Below are positions 62,552 through 64,000 of a stretch of DNA of 64,000 bases, piece by piece. Origin of the DNA: Nitrospirota bacterium (GTDB lineage: Bacteria > Nitrospirota > UBA9217); NCBI GenBank assembly GCA_963818475.1, contig CAWFSF010000006.1, forward strand, positions 896,001 to 960,000, given 5' to 3'. Each line of letters begins with the position of its first letter. Within the stretch, counting starts at the first letter, position 1. The notes beneath the pieces are model-generated. The model was not told the DNA's origin. It did no database searches and saw nothing but the letters and a program-made list of their open reading frames with translations. The position numbers and the translations under genes were made by a program.

Positions 62552-62866
62552 TTAATCCACCGGTGTCACAATCGCCATCACGACAAGTTTTTCACCTTTG
62601 TCCGCGGCAAATCCGTGAAGGACGTTGGGTTCGCAGAGGATGCAGGTCTTTTCATCTGCCTCGACCTTTTCCTCGCCCACGGTGAAGGTGCCCCTGCCTT
62701 CGACACAGTACATCATGAGCCGCAGCGGGGCTTTATGCGGATCAAGCTTCTGGCCGGCTTCCAGGCACATGAGCGCAACACGCATCTCCGGTTTGTCCGA
62801 CAGCATTTCCCGCGAGATCCGGTTGGGTGTAAACTTTATTGCTTTCTTGAGGTCGATCGTTTCCAT
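62552..62866 (-). CDS. Cupin-domain protein
   Basis: LEAGQKLDPH, VEGRGTF, PNVLHGF; RBS AAGGAG. Confidence 0.85.
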   Translation of the reverse strand: METIDLKKAIKFTPNRISREMLSDKPEMRVALMCLEAGQKLDPHKAPLRLMMYCVEGRGTFTVGEEKVEADEKTCILCEPNVLHGFAADKGEKLVVMAIVTPVD

Positions 62867-62881
62867 GGGTACTCTCCTTGA

Positions 62882-62922
62882 GTGAATCGGTGAATCGGTG
62901 AATGGGTGAATGGGTGAATGGG
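62882..62922. repeat. Octamer tandem repeat GTGAAT(C/G)G x5
   Basis: GTGAATCG GTGAATCG GTGAATGG GTGAATGG GTGAATGG. Confidence 0.85.
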
Positions 62923-62987
62923 TGGTCAGCTTCATGGTTACATTATATCAGGAAGGGAAGAGAAGCGGTATGACGTGCATCATAGGG

Positions 62988-63923
62988 TTACCACCAGCGC
63001 CAGAGGGAAATGACGAAGATGATAACAAAAACGAGGGCGAGGTTCATATAGGCGAAGAGGTAGAAGAGCCGTTCGTGGAAGGGTTTTTCCGGTTTCCTTT
63101 CATCGGTGACGAGCATTCCCACCTGGGGCATGGCCAGGATTTTGTCCTCGCCATGGGGTGCGGTCTTAAGGGCCTCGGTCAGGTCGTTGCCGGCAACATG
63201 TTTCACCATATGGGCTCCGTTCTTCCAGAGCCTGTTGTTCGTCACGTTGTAGACCATGCCCTTGTAGCTGATGTAAGCCGGTCTGTTTTCTTTTCCGTCG
63301 AAATGGGAAAGTTGCTCCGGGGTTATTTCATTGGAAATGAGTGCCGCGACCGGGCTTCTCAGCTTTTGGCGCAGCCTCGGCCCGATGTAGGTGGCAGTGA
63401 TCAAAGCACTCGTGAGCATGACAAAAAACAATACTATTTTGATGCTTAAGAGAATGCCGAAGCGAGTGGTGTAAAAGGACTCAAGATTCGGCATGCGCGC
63501 AATGGTCAGGAGCGTACCGGTCACCAGGATAACGACCATGGACAGCATGCCGAGCCGGAGCTCTCCCTTGGGCAGGCCTTTGGAAGCATAAGCAGGTTTC
63601 AGCAGAAGGTGGACGTATATGATGGTCCCGAACCAGACGATGGCTGCCAGCAGGTGGAAGTAGCCGATGAAGAGCCGAACTGCGTGCTGTGTGGTCGTCA
63701 ACTGGCGGTATTGGCCCTTTGCCTTCAGTTCCGTGAGGAACTGTTCTCCCGCAGGCGTGAGATTCCCGCCGCCGATAGCGTCCACATGACATTTGCCGCA
63801 TTCAAAACCCGTCTGTTTTGCATAATCGGGTGTCGCAAGCGCGTTCGCAGGAAAGAGTAATGTGCCGGAAATAGAAATGATCAGCAGGGAGAGAAGGAAA
63901 AAGAAAAGTCGGAATAGGTTCAT
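62988..63923 (-). CDS. Membrane protein: heme-c motif + CopD-like TM bundle + cytochrome b5-like domain
   Basis: CGKCH after the signal peptide; HLLAAIVWFG TM region; FDGKENRPAYISYKGMVYNVT..W..G.H..HVAGNDLT..APH. Confidence 0.8.
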   Translation of the reverse strand: MNLFRLFFFLLSLLIISISGTLLFPANALATPDYAKQTGFECGKCHVDAIGGGNLTPAGEQFLTELKAKGQYRQLTTTQHAVRLFIGYFHLLAAIVWFGTIIYVHLLLKPAYASKGLPKGELRLGMLSMVVILVTGTLLTIARMPNLESFYTTRFGILLSIKIVLFFVMLTSALITATYIGPRLRQKLRSPVAALISNEITPEQLSHFDGKENRPAYISYKGMVYNVTNNRLWKNGAHMVKHVAGNDLTEALKTAPHGEDKILAMPQVGMLVTDERKPEKPFHERLFYLFAYMNLALVFVIIFVISLWRWW

Positions 63924-64000
63924 GGAACGAATTATAGATGAGCATGCGGTAAATGTAAATGTTTTTGTGAGAGCTGATTTTTCAGCATTACCTCATGATT

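Noticed and set aside
1-64000. rRNA or tRNA genes
   Set aside because: No cloverleaf or rRNA signatures were seen by eye in the intergenic regions; tRNAscan-SE was not run.

Overview
Bacterial window of moderate-to-high GC, probably from a Nitrospirota- or deltaproteobacteria-like facultative microaerophile/NO-reducer. That taxonomy is an inference from gene content and order. There are three zones. (1) 1-13.1 kb is an accessory island. It holds the 3' part of a large FG-GAP/YD-RHS polymorphic toxin with an unfamiliar C-terminal tip, a coupled putative immunity gene, and a RAYT (Y1 HUH transposase) bounded by 23-bp inverted repeats. These are followed by a patchwork of fragments: ISL3, an orphan SMI1/KNR4 immunity gene, IS3, IS110 and an internally deleted second RAYT. 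Many fragment junctions carry a recurring GGGG[A/T]C motif. The IS110 sits in the left end of the second RAYT, and its downstream non-coding end contains two short segments matching both flanks of its own insertion site, as expected of a bridge/seek RNA. (2) 13.2-32.6 kb is housekeeping: DUF502, glmU, glmS, pcrA/uvrD, gatC-panD-gatA-gatB, a SurA-like protein, an M20 peptidase, a thermonuclease and a TetR-HlyD-ABC efflux operon. (3) 32.8-64 kb covers redox and signalling: norCB without norQD, two ferredoxins, a hemerythrin-like protein, a PAS kinase, rsgA, csp, a GGDEF protein, a protoglobin, CBS/HPP proteins, nfi and an Rrf2-headed cbb3 oxidase operon with assembly genes. Many genes, including core ones, are broken by single extra bases, most likely long-read assembly errors. 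No rRNA, tRNA or CRISPR array was seen.
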